Shown here: positions 19,628 through 28,278 of the stretch, piece by piece
How the letters are laid out: each line of letters opens with the position of its first letter
How positions within the stretch are numbered: position 1 is the stretch's first letter
DNA from: Pseudomonadales bacterium
GTDB lineage: Bacteria > Pseudomonadota > Gammaproteobacteria > Pseudomonadales > Azotimanducaceae
Direction: 5' to 3'
DNA: 64,000 nt
Assembly (NCBI GenBank): GCA_965116345.1
Contig: OZ220680.1
Span: forward strand, 3,976,330 to 4,040,329
The notes under the pieces: model-generated
The model's database searches: none
Told to the model about the DNA's origin: nothing
The model's input: the letters and a program-made list of their open reading frames with translations, nothing else
Position numbers and translations under genes: made by a program

Positions 19628-21769
19628 GTGAAGTCAAGAGTTGCCGCGGCGGTCACGCGGTTGTGGGGAGTCCACGTGCTGTTGTTGGCGACGTCGGTCG
19701 CGTTCGGCTGGCAGTCCGTGGGTGAAGAATCGTCGGTGGAATACGAGGCACCCGAGGCACGTCCTCCCGGCTGGGTGGACGAGGCCCGGCTCGCCGCCGC
19801 AGGCGACGCCGAACCCGGTAGCTGGCTGGCCCATGGGCAGACCTACGAGGAACAGCGCTTCTCGACGCTCACCCAGATCAACCGGGACACGGTGGCCAGG
19901 CTCGGTCTGGCATGGGTTAAGAACCTGGACGTTCCCTTCCGGATGCAGGCGACGCCGCTGGTCATCGACGGCGTGATGTACTTCACCGACCCGTGGAGCG
20001 TGGCCTATGCCGTGGATGCCCGAACGGGCGAGGAGATCTGGCGCTTCGATCCCGAGACCGATCGCGCCTTCATTCGGTACTCGTGCTGCGGCGGTCCGTC
20101 CAACCGCGGTGTCGCGGCGTACAAGGGCCGCATCTACTTCGCGACCTTCGACGCCCGCCTGGTGGCCCTCGACCAGGCGACGGGCGAGAAGGTCTGGGAC
20201 GTCGACACGACCCACTACCCGACCCACACGCCCTACACGATCACCGGCGCGCCCCGGGCCGTGCACGGCAAGGTGATGATCGGCCAGAGCAGTTCCGAGT
20301 TCGGCGTGCGCGGGCATCTGTCGGCCTACGACGCCGACACCGGGGAACTGGCTTGGCGTTTCTTCGTCGTACCGGGTGATCCGTCGCAGCCTTTCGAGCA
20401 TCCCGAACTGGAGGAGGCCGCCAAGACCTGGTCCGGGGAGTGGTGGAAGCTGGGCGGCGGCGGCACCCCGTGGCACGCCATCGTCTACGACGCCAAGTTC
20501 GATCAGCTGATCTTCGGCACCGGCAACGGTGCGCCGTGGCCGCGCAAGATCCGTTCGCCTGGCGGCGGCGACAACCTGTTCCTCGGTGGCGTCCTGTCGG
20601 TGAACCCGAACACCGGGCGCATGAACTGGTTCTACCAGATGACGCCGGGAGACAACTGGGACTTCAATGCCGCCCAGGACATCGCCCTGATGGATCTGGA
20701 AGTGGACGGCGAGATGCGTTCGGTATTGGTGCAGGCGCCGAAAAACGGCTTCTTCTACATGCTCGACCGGGAAGACGGCGAACTCCTCACGGCGGAGCCC
20801 TACATGGACCAGAACTGGGCCACGCACATCGACATGGAGACCGGCCGGCCCGTGGAGCACCCCGACCAGTATGACGAGGAACCGCGCTGGGTCATGCCGG
20901 GTAACTCCGGCGCACATAGTTGGCAGGCGATGGCCGTGGATCCGAATCGCGGCGTAGCCTACGTCCCGGTGCAGGAGATGGCGGCCTTCTACAGGCTGCC
21001 GAAGGCGTTCCTCGAGACCGGCGAGTACGAACTCGACCCCAACAGGATGAGCCTGGGCGTGGAATTCGGACCCCCGGCGGGTGGACCGGAGAAGCCGGAG
21101 GACAAGGGCTACCTGAAGGCGGTCGACGCACGTACGGGGGCGATCCTCTGGAGCGTGCAGCGGAAGACGCCCTACAACGGCGGCACGCTGGCGACAGCCG
21201 GTGGACTCGTCTTCCAGGGCGACGCCACCGGCACGCTGGCGGCCTACGATGCCGACGACGGCTCGACCCTGTGGGAGTACGACACCCAGGGCAGCACGCC
21301 GGCATCGCCGATCAGCTACGAACTCGATGGCGAGCAGTACCTCGCGGTGCTGGTGAGCGGCCAGTGGCAACGCGAGGAGAGCGACGGACGGCTGATGGTG
21401 TTCAAAGTGGGCGCGGAAGGGGACATCACCAAATCCCTCGGCGAAGTCCAGATTCCACAACCGCCGCCGCTCGCGGCGAGCGAGGAGGAAGTGCGCCAGG
21501 GCGAACTGCTCTACAACCGGGTCTGCGTCGGCTGCCACGGGATCGGTGCGGTGGCGACCATGAACGCCGACCTGCGGATGATGACCGCCGAGACCCACGA
21601 GCGCTTCCAGGAGATCGTCCGCGGGGGTGTACTGAGCGACAAGGGCATGCTGTCCTTCGCCGCGGCGGTCACCGCGGAGGAAACGGAACTCATCCGCCAG
21701 TACGTGATTTCGCAGGCCATAAGGGCCGGCGAGGAAGAAGAACCACCGATGCCCCCATCCCGCCGTTAG
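19628..21769 (+). CDS. PQQ-dependent alcohol dehydrogenase, quinohemoprotein type (C-terminal cytochrome c domain)
   Basis: Vicinal-disulfide SCCGG, repeated W-motif propeller, GGGGTPW, C-terminal CVGCHG heme site, signal peptide; GTG 19628 after GGAGGTGGAG. Confidence 0.9.
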   Translation: MKSRVAAAVTRLWGVHVLLLATSVAFGWQSVGEESSVEYEAPEARPPGWVDEARLAAAGDAEPGSWLAHGQTYEEQRFSTLTQINRDTVARLGLAWVKNLDVPFRMQATPLVIDGVMYFTDPWSVAYAVDARTGEEIWRFDPETDRAFIRYSCCGGPSNRGVAAYKGRIYFATFDARLVALDQATGEKVWDVDTTHYPTHTPYTITGAPRAVHGKVMIGQSSSEFGVRGHLSAYDADTGELAWRFFVVPGDPSQPFEHPELEEAAKTWSGEWWKLGGGGTPWHAIVYDAKFDQLIFGTGNGAPWPRKIRSPGGGDNLFLGGVLSVNPNTGRMNWFYQMTPGDNWDFNAAQDIALMDLEVDGEMRSVLVQAPKNGFFYMLDREDGELLTAEPYMDQNWATHIDMETGRPVEHPDQYDEEPRWVMPGNSGAHSWQAMAVDPNRGVAYVPVQEMAAFYRLPKAFLETGEYELDPNRMSLGVEFGPPAGGPEKPEDKGYLKAVDARTGAILWSVQRKTPYNGGTLATAGGLVFQGDATGTLAAYDADDGSTLWEYDTQGSTPASPISYELDGEQYLAVLVSGQWQREESDGRLMVFKVGAEGDITKSLGEVQIPQPPPLAASEEEVRQGELLYNRVCVGCHGIGAVATMNADLRMMTAETHERFQEIVRGGVLSDKGMLSFAAAVTAEETELIRQYVISQAIRAGEEEEPPMPPSRR

Positions 21770-22083
21770 CGAGGCCCGTTTGGGCGGCCGCGTTACCGAA
21801 CGATCTCTTGCCGTCGAGACGATCGATCGCAACGGTCGCCCCCATAAGCGCCAACCAGTTCTGGGTGCGCCGAATACGCGACGTACAGCAACCTACCCCA
21901 GGGAACCTACGGGTTCGACTGGCTCGAAGTTCCTTGGCTACTGGACGTTCAGTCCACTTGATTGGGACTTCAAGATGGCTGATGCCGCTGCGTGTCCAGA
22001 TCAGGCACCGGATTGCGCGTTTTCTATGTCCATAGGTCCGATATCGTGGGGCTTGGGTTGCGGGGGATGACGGCGACCAAAAC

Positions 22084-22308
22084 ATGAGGAAGTTCGGCGC
22101 GTTCCTAGTGTCGGTGGTGCTGGTGTTTCCAGCGGCGGTCTTGGCAATCGCTGGAATAGTCGGCCTGCTAGGATCGCTGGCCGACATTACGATGTCGGCG
22201 AGCATGCAGGTCCTGTTGTCAGGGGCTTGTCTGTTCGTGTCCATCGTGGTGGCGAACATGGCGTACTATTGGATCATCCGACGCATGGATGAGACATCGA
22301 ACGAGTGA
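22084..22308 (+). CDS. Small two-TM membrane protein, unknown function
   Basis: 74 aa with two hydrophobic helices and the charged tail RRMDETSNE; lies in the lower-GC islet. Confidence 0.5.
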   Translation: MRKFGAFLVSVVLVFPAAVLAIAGIVGLLGSLADITMSASMQVLLSGACLFVSIVVANMAYYWIIRRMDETSNE

Positions 22309-22528
22309 GGGACGCACAGTCTGTTGACTCCTGATCGCGGCTTGTACGTGTTCAGAACATCGCTTCGCACGCCAGTTGATGCGTTGTAGGACGGAGACGG
22401 GTACGCATGCGTGTTCCGTCGCGCATACTTGTGCGACGTTGGCACCGGAATGTTGGCGAAGCACCATCGCAACGTGGTCAACGGGATTGATGTTTGCGGG
22501 TGCGGGCAAGGTGGCACGGCTTAGAGCC

Positions 22529-22858
22529 ATGCGGCCTGTTCGGGCCGACTGCAGGGTGACGGACAACGGCACCGTCCTTAGTGCAGGTTCGAGCGCTAAT
22601 GTCCTGATCTATTCGAACAAGAACTGCCCGGCGGGAACCTCAGCGCAACTATGCCGCGAGGCTAGGGCCATCGCGAGGGAGATCCAAGCGGTTTACCAAG
22701 AGGTCAAGGAGGCCGTCGGTCCCAACGACCTTGTTAGGGTCGACTTGTACGACAAGCTACATCCAGGGGGCCCGCCGGACCCCGGCACAGGGGGAGTATC
22801 GCCGCCCTGGCCGGATCGACCTGCGGCGGGGCGCGCCCGCAAGTGCGATTCACCATGA
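22529..22858 (+). pseudogene. Possible N-terminal portion of the HEXXH protein, separated from it by a +1 frame change
   Basis: The ORF overlaps the next ORF by 128 nt in an adjacent frame. G5 runs at 22766-22770 and 22790-22794 are candidate slip sites. Coding status is uncertain. Confidence 0.35.
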
Positions 22859-23333
22859 GATGGGACATGCCTTCTTCAACGATCACATCCAGACTACAGG
22901 GCATCTTCAAGAATGGGGCTCGGAGGAGGGGATTGGTATGATCTTCGAGGAAGCGCTCGGGGCTGCGTCGCGACGCGACCCACGCGCGGCAACGGTCGAG
23001 GGCGTCCTACAAGTATGCTCAGTGGATCTTGACTGCGCCTACGAGTTAGGAAGGCTCGTAGCCAAGCGATACCGCGAGGTGAAAGAGATAAGGAACAAGG
23101 ACTACGCGCTCAAGGTGTACCTAGAGGCGGTGAGGAACGTTGAGGTGGCCGTGACTCCAGACTCGCTCGAAGAACGGGTGAACACCGAGATGGAGAGAAT
23201 TGACGGACGAGAAGACCACGCGGAGGACGATTATGTTAATGAGGACGAAGAGGAACGTGCGAATCGGGAGTTCGATAATTCACCCACTGACACCGGCTTC
23301 TTTGACGATTGGGATGAGAATTGGGAAGAATAG
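22731..23333 (+). CDS. HEXXH zinc-metalloprotease-like protein with a strongly acidic Trp-containing C-terminal tail
   Basis: IHHEMGHAFFNDH motif followed by EEGIGMIFEE (possible third ligand); tail DDYVNEDEEE..FFDDWDENWEE. No family recognised. Confidence 0.55.
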   Translation: MLGSTCTTSYIQGARRTPAQGEYRRPGRIDLRRGAPASAIHHEMGHAFFNDHIQTTGHLQEWGSEEGIGMIFEEALGAASRRDPRAATVEGVLQVCSVDLDCAYELGRLVAKRYREVKEIRNKDYALKVYLEAVRNVEVAVTPDSLEERVNTEMERIDGREDHAEDDYVNEDEEERANREFDNSPTDTGFFDDWDENWEE

Positions 23334-23449
23334 CGGGGCTCGCTCAATTTGGACGAATTCTTGGAGTCTCTAAGCAAGCTCGTCGGGCTCCCTCGCGACG
23401 CCGAAAGCCGAGGACCGCACTACGGCCCATGATAAGGGGCGGGAGGAAA

Positions 23450-24358
23450 ATGCAGGCGGTGATGGCGACGTTGCTGGCGGCGGTCCTGTTTGTCGTGCTG
23501 GCGTACTCGCGCAGTGGTGTGGACACGGGACTTCCCGTGGTCGAAACAGAGCGTGAGCCGGTGTCACCGCGACCCCCGCCGGCCACGCGGGTGGACCTGA
23601 CCGAGCCGGCGACCGGCACGGCGAAGGCCGCCGGGAAGGAATACGCGGCGCCGCCGTGCGACGGATGCCTCAACGAGCCCGAGGTACTGGACGTGGCAGA
23701 GACGTTCGTTTACCACATGCGCCATGAAAAACACATCGGCTTACGGGCCGAGCTTTACTCCGACATCGCCGCTAGCCTCGAGGCTGCGGGGCAGCCCGCT
23801 CCGCACGAGACGCGACTTCCTAAGCTTCCGCAGGGGCTGGTGGACGCTCCGCCGGATCGTTCGATGAGCGGCAGGGTGCTCCCCCTCGTGGATAGGCCAG
23901 CAGAGACCTGGGTTATCTGGGTGCAGGAAGGCTGGTTCGACACCCAGTCCTACATCGATGGCGGCATCCTTCCGCCGATCGCAGCCTCATGGCCACCACT
24001 CAAACATGAGAAGTTCATGCTCATAGATGCTCGCAGCGGTGAAGTGTTCGCGGATGACATTTGGCGTAGTAGACATCGTCGCAGTCTGGGTGCCTACGGA
24101 GATATTGCTGCGCAGGCTGCCGGGAAACGCGCCGAGCACTGGATCGCCAAGAGGTCAGTCCCCTGGCCCGCATTTGTCACCACGCCGCTTGTGCGAACAA
24201 CATATGCTTCGAATATCAGTTGCTTGTGTCGGAATCCCGAGGTGTCGGAATTTGCAGACTGCGCTGGCCGCGAGCGCGCGCTCCAAGGAGCGCGTTCGCA
24301 CGGGGCCAAAATCCTCGAACGCGCCCGCAAGGGCGCGCATCATCGCGGCCCGTGGTGA
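23450..24358 (+). CDS. Membrane-anchored protein, unknown function (weak PepSY-like motif)
   Basis: ATG 23450 after GGGAGG; TM ATLLAAVLFVVLAY; Pro-rich linker; FMLIDARSGEVF resembles the PepSY DAxTGEV signature. Confidence 0.55.
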   Translation: MQAVMATLLAAVLFVVLAYSRSGVDTGLPVVETEREPVSPRPPPATRVDLTEPATGTAKAAGKEYAAPPCDGCLNEPEVLDVAETFVYHMRHEKHIGLRAELYSDIAASLEAAGQPAPHETRLPKLPQGLVDAPPDRSMSGRVLPLVDRPAETWVIWVQEGWFDTQSYIDGGILPPIAASWPPLKHEKFMLIDARSGEVFADDIWRSRHRRSLGAYGDIAAQAAGKRAEHWIAKRSVPWPAFVTTPLVRTTYASNISCLCRNPEVSEFADCAGRERALQGARSHGAKILERARKGAHHRGPW

Positions 24359-24368
24359 GAAATTCGGG

Positions 24369-24525
24369 CTAGGTATCCTCTGATCAAGCCCGTCCATGGG
24401 CTTGATCAGGAGAAAAACAAAAGCGCGGTTTTGTTTTTCTGACAAATTCAGTGGCTTGCGCCACCGAATTTGGCGGCACGTCCTTGTGCCGCGCTAGGGA
24501 AGGTCTTAAATCAGACCTTCCCTAG
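24369..24525 (+). mobile_element. MITE-like element, copy B (157 bp)
   Basis: Identical to 18555-18710 except for one extra A in the terminal hairpin loop; flanked by CTAG on both sides. Confidence 0.85.
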
Positions 24526-25406
24526 CCCGCGAGCGCCCAGGCCATGCCGACGACGGTGATGGTCGTCCAGGCGAAGAAGCGCTGTGCCCTTGGACCCGCG
24601 AGGTGCAGCCTCGTCTTGGCCACCTGGAGGCCGATCAGGAAGCCGGCGATCAAGCCGGTGAGGTGGGCGACGACGTCGGTGTCCTGGCCAGCGGTTCCGG
24701 TGTAGGCGAAGAACGCGAACGCGGCGAACACCGGGGCGAAGCGGTGTTGCCAGCGACCGCGGCGGAAGTAGCCGCTTCGCCACATGAACGCACCGACCAG
24801 GCCCACGGCGGCGAAGGTCGCGGTGGATGCGCCGATGGACATGAAGAACTCCGGTCGCACCAGGACGTTGAGGGCGTTGCCCAGCGTGCCGCCGCCGACG
24901 ATGCACAGCCACGCCAGGCCGGATCCCAGGTAGCGGCCGGCCAGCACCCCGAACAACGCGCCGAACAACGAGTTGGCGACGATGTGGGGCACATCGGCGT
25001 GCAGCGTGAGCGCCGTCACCAGCCGCCAGAACTCGCCCGACATCACCGATGCCACGTGGATCCGGCCGATGGTGTTCCAGTCCCAGCCGAAGAGGTCGGC
25101 TCCTTGGGCGAACATCACCCCCCAGATGACGCCGAGGTAGGCAAGCACGCCCGGCCAGCCACTGTCGATCCGCACCGGCAGCACGGGTGGTGGTTGGGGG
25201 ACATTCTCGCCTTCGTACGCGGCGAGCTCGGCGGCGGCGGCATCGACATCCTCCTGCGCCACGAGCAGTCGCCAGGCACCGGCTTCGTGACCGATGCGGC
25301 TGTCGATGCCCCGGGCGGTCAGGACGAGCTCGAACGTGCGCAGATCCCGTCGTTCGCGTCCGGTGCGCAGGACCAGCCAGTCTTCGTCGTCGGACATGGG
25401 AGTCAT
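24522..25406 (-). CDS. Rhomboid family intramembrane serine protease
   Basis: GASTATF (GxSxxxF) and AHLTGLIAG catalytic motifs, 6-7 TMs, cytoplasmic N-terminal domain. Start ATG 25406 (ORF open to 25601). The stop TAG is inside the MITE terminal CTAG. Confidence 0.85.
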   Translation of the reverse strand: MTPMSDDEDWLVLRTGRERRDLRTFELVLTARGIDSRIGHEAGAWRLLVAQEDVDAAAAELAAYEGENVPQPPPVLPVRIDSGWPGVLAYLGVIWGVMFAQGADLFGWDWNTIGRIHVASVMSGEFWRLVTALTLHADVPHIVANSLFGALFGVLAGRYLGSGLAWLCIVGGGTLGNALNVLVRPEFFMSIGASTATFAAVGLVGAFMWRSGYFRRGRWQHRFAPVFAAFAFFAYTGTAGQDTDVVAHLTGLIAGFLIGLQVAKTRLHLAGPRAQRFFAWTTITVVGMAWALAG

Positions 25407-25472
25407 GTTGGCACGGCCAGCGGGTCTTGATCGAGTAACATCGAGGGTTGGCAATCGCAAAGCGAAATCTGC

Positions 25473-27131
25473 ATGAACAGCGTTGAGTACGTCGCCCGGA
25501 TCCTCAAGGACGAGGGCGTCACCTGGATGTCCTGCTATCCGTCCAACCCACTCATTGAAGCGGTGGCGCGGGAGGGGATCCGTCCGGTCGCCTTCCGCCA
25601 CGAGCGTGGGGCCGTGATGGCCGCGGATGGGTTCTCGCGGCTATCCGACCGCCGGCGCTTCGGGGTCGTCGCGGTGCAGTCCCAGGCCGGTGCCGAGAAC
25701 TCTCTCGGCGGTCTTGCCCAGGCGAATGCGGACAACGTCCCGATCCTCGCATTGCCCGGTGGCAATCCCCTCGACATGCTCTTCGTCCGGCCCAACTTCT
25801 TCGCCGCCACGACCTGGGCGCCGGTGTTGAAGCGCGCCGAAGTCATCACCCGGCCCGACCAGACCGGCAACGTCATGCGCCGGGCCTTCCACGCGCTGCG
25901 GTCCGGACGCCCGGGGCCGGTGCTGGTGGAAATGCCGGGCGACGTGTGTGCGCAGCCGATTCCGGAGAACGCGCCGGGATATTCATCGCCGACCCCCGCG
26001 CTGTATGGGCCGTCGGCCGGCGCCGTCGCGGATGCCGCGAAGAAGCTCGTCGAGGCGCGCGAACCCCTGATCTGGGCTGGTGCCGGGGTGATGACCGCCG
26101 GGGCGACCGGCGAACTGCGTGCCCTGGCCGAGCTGCTCGATGTTCCCGTCTACACCTCGATGCCGGGCAAGTCGGCCTTCGACGAACGTCATCCCCTGTC
26201 GGTCGGTGCCGGCGGCAGCACGGTCGCCGGTCCCGCGCGGCAGTGGCTCGATGATTGCGACGTGCTGTTCGCGGTCGGTACCTCGCTGACCGCGACACCC
26301 TACGGCCAGCGTTTTTCGCGCGGCAAGTTCCTCATTCACTCGGTGATCGCGGACGACGAGATCAACAAGGACACAGCGGCCGACATCGGTCTCGTGGGCG
26401 ACGCCAAGCTGACCTTGGAAGCGCTCCTCGATGCGGTCAGGGGACTGATCGGCGAGACCGGACGCGACACTGGCGTGCGGGCGCGGGTCAAGGCCGCGCG
26501 GGACGCCTGGCTCGCCGCGTGGCAGCCGTATCTGACCACCGACGACGGGCCGTTGTCGCCCTACCGGGTCATCCACGAGATGAACCGCGTGCTCGACAGC
26601 GAGACCAGCGTCGTAACCCACGACGCCGGCGCGCCGCGCGACCAGATCTTGCCGTTCTACACGGCCACCACACCGCACAGCTACGTGGGCTGGGGCAAGA
26701 CCACGCATCTCGGCTTCTCCATCCCGCTGATGATCGGTGCCAAGATGGCGGCACCGGAGCGCATGTGCGTCAACCTCATGGGGGACGGGGCCTTCGGCAT
26801 GTCCGGTCTCGACATCGAGACCTCGGCCCGGGCCGGGATCCCGATCACCACGATCGTGCTCAACAACGGCGTGATGGCGACGTACCCGGGCGGATTTCCG
26901 ACCGCGCGGGAGAAGTACGGGGTATCCCACATGCAGGGCGACTATGCGGATCTCGCCAAGGCCATGGGCGCCGAGGGGATTCATGTGGCCGAGGCTGCCG
27001 AGATGGGTCCCGCGCTGGAACAGGCGAAACGCCTGAACGCCGACGGCAAAACGGTGCTCATCGACGTCAAGACGCGAGCCGAGGACTCCCGGTCGCCGGC
27101 ACGATTCGCCAAGAGACCAGATGGTGAGTAA
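25473..27131 (+). CDS. Thiamine diphosphate-dependent enzyme (acetolactate synthase / 2-hydroxyacyl-CoA lyase superfamily)
   Basis: 552 aa; ThDP motif GDGAFGMSG...NNGVM; N-terminal Pyr-domain pattern. Subfamily not assignable by eye. Confidence 0.85.
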   Translation: MNSVEYVARILKDEGVTWMSCYPSNPLIEAVAREGIRPVAFRHERGAVMAADGFSRLSDRRRFGVVAVQSQAGAENSLGGLAQANADNVPILALPGGNPLDMLFVRPNFFAATTWAPVLKRAEVITRPDQTGNVMRRAFHALRSGRPGPVLVEMPGDVCAQPIPENAPGYSSPTPALYGPSAGAVADAAKKLVEAREPLIWAGAGVMTAGATGELRALAELLDVPVYTSMPGKSAFDERHPLSVGAGGSTVAGPARQWLDDCDVLFAVGTSLTATPYGQRFSRGKFLIHSVIADDEINKDTAADIGLVGDAKLTLEALLDAVRGLIGETGRDTGVRARVKAARDAWLAAWQPYLTTDDGPLSPYRVIHEMNRVLDSETSVVTHDAGAPRDQILPFYTATTPHSYVGWGKTTHLGFSIPLMIGAKMAAPERMCVNLMGDGAFGMSGLDIETSARAGIPITTIVLNNGVMATYPGGFPTAREKYGVSHMQGDYADLAKAMGAEGIHVAEAAEMGPALEQAKRLNADGKTVLIDVKTRAEDSRSPARFAKRPDGE

Positions 27132-28278
27132 CAGGCAGGAACCGTTCGCGGAGCGGGTGGTCAAGTTCGACCGCCCGGTGCGTTCCCACGCGCTGCTGCT
27201 CGACGCGCACGGGGCTTTCCTGGGTGTCGGCACGAACGGTGAGTTGGAAGCGTTCGACATCGCCGACGACCGGGTAATCTGGGACCGTGGGGACGGCGAC
27301 GTGAGGCATGTGGCGACGGGGCGCAGATTGCCTGTTGCCGAGGGTTTCGTCACCGCCATGGGCGAGCGCTTCGCCCTGTCGCACGGCCCGGAGAAACTGC
27401 CCTCCGAGTACCTGGAGACCATGGAAGCCAACGGGTGGGTGTGCCTGACCAGCCTCCTCGCGCCCGAGGTGGCCGATGGTCTTCGACGGGTGGCCTGCAC
27501 GGACGAATACGCCGACCGGCCGCGGGACACGTCGCGCGGGGCCATCTGCCAGGACATCGCGGTGGCACGCGCGGCCGCCGAACCGGTTTCGCTTTGGCTG
27601 ATCCGCGAGTACATGCGCACCGCCGACATCTGCATGGCGCATGCCCCCGCCCTCGCGGTGCTTGGCAGGGACGACGGCAAACGCCGGGTACAGGGCTGGC
27701 ATTCGGACTACCCGTACCACTGGGGCGTGCCGGCCCCGGGACAGGTGCCGATACAACCCGGGGCGACCCGGCTCGGCGTGCAGCGCAACGTCTGCGTGTC
27801 GGATTTCACCAAGGTGGGCGGCGCCACGGTCTTCAAGCTGGGCTCACATGCCAGGAACCAGGGGCCCCCCGACGAGTGGGGTACGGCGGCGCTCCACGCC
27901 CGGGCCGACTACCGTGCCCGATACGGACTGCCCTACAACGGCCCGGATGCCGACATCATCGAGGCGCCGGGCGGCAGCATCATCCTGTACGACGCGCGCA
28001 CCTGGCACCGCGCCGGCATCAATCGCACGGACAATCGGCGCGCCGCGATGCTCCAGGCCATGGTGCCGATGTACGTCATGCCCAAGGTGGACATGGGCGC
28101 GGCCTACAAGCAGTTCGCCGCGAGCGACGTCTACGCCGAGATCACGCAACGCGAGCGCCGTGAACTCGAGGCCCTACTGGTCCGCCGGCTTCCCGGTCCG
28201 CCCCTCCACGGTGCGCTCGCCACGGATCGGGAACTGGCCGCCCTCGTGAAGCGGGACGCGGCTCCCGGCGGCTACTAA
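27121..28278 (+). CDS. PhyH-family Fe(II)/2-oxoglutarate dioxygenase with ~90 aa N-terminal extension
   Basis: WHSDYPY (HxD) and ARTWHRAGINRT (distal His, Arg). 11-nt overlap with the ThDP enzyme gene. Confidence 0.8.
   Translation: MVSNRQEPFAERVVKFDRPVRSHALLLDAHGAFLGVGTNGELEAFDIADDRVIWDRGDGDVRHVATGRRLPVAEGFVTAMGERFALSHGPEKLPSEYLETMEANGWVCLTSLLAPEVADGLRRVACTDEYADRPRDTSRGAICQDIAVARAAAEPVSLWLIREYMRTADICMAHAPALAVLGRDDGKRRVQGWHSDYPYHWGVPAPGQVPIQPGATRLGVQRNVCVSDFTKVGGATVFKLGSHARNQGPPDEWGTAALHARADYRARYGLPYNGPDADIIEAPGGSIILYDARTWHRAGINRTDNRRAAMLQAMVPMYVMPKVDMGAAYKQFAASDVYAEITQRERRELEALLVRRLPGPPLHGALATDRELAALVKRDAAPGGY

Noticed and set aside
19634-21832. 732-aa antisense ORF opposite the PQQ dehydrogenase
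   Set aside because: The plus-strand frame carries all the PQQ-ADH and cytochrome c signatures. The antisense ORF has no motifs and the usual GC3-mirror composition.
21890-21935. tRNA-like GGGTTCGACTGG motif that could mark a tRNA-derived att site at the left edge of the low-GC islet
   Set aside because: No acceptor stem, anticodon arm or CCA-proximal pairing can be drawn, and the match to the T-loop consensus GGTTCGAATCC is partial. No integrase is nearby.
21780-22070. 96-aa ORF (and its internal 31-aa MADAAACPDQ..WGLGCGG peptide) as a possible RiPP precursor upstream of the 2-TM peptide
   Set aside because: There is no ribosome-binding site, no neighbouring modification enzyme, and the composition is consistent with noncoding sequence. 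It is kept only as part of the islet finding.
22435-22530. TGGCAC-containing sequences (also at 25411, 38061, 51301, 55281, 58041) as sigma-54 promoters, given rpoN in the window
   Set aside because: In every case the GC of the -12 element is not positioned 10 nt after the GG, so none fits TGGCAC-N5-TTGCW.
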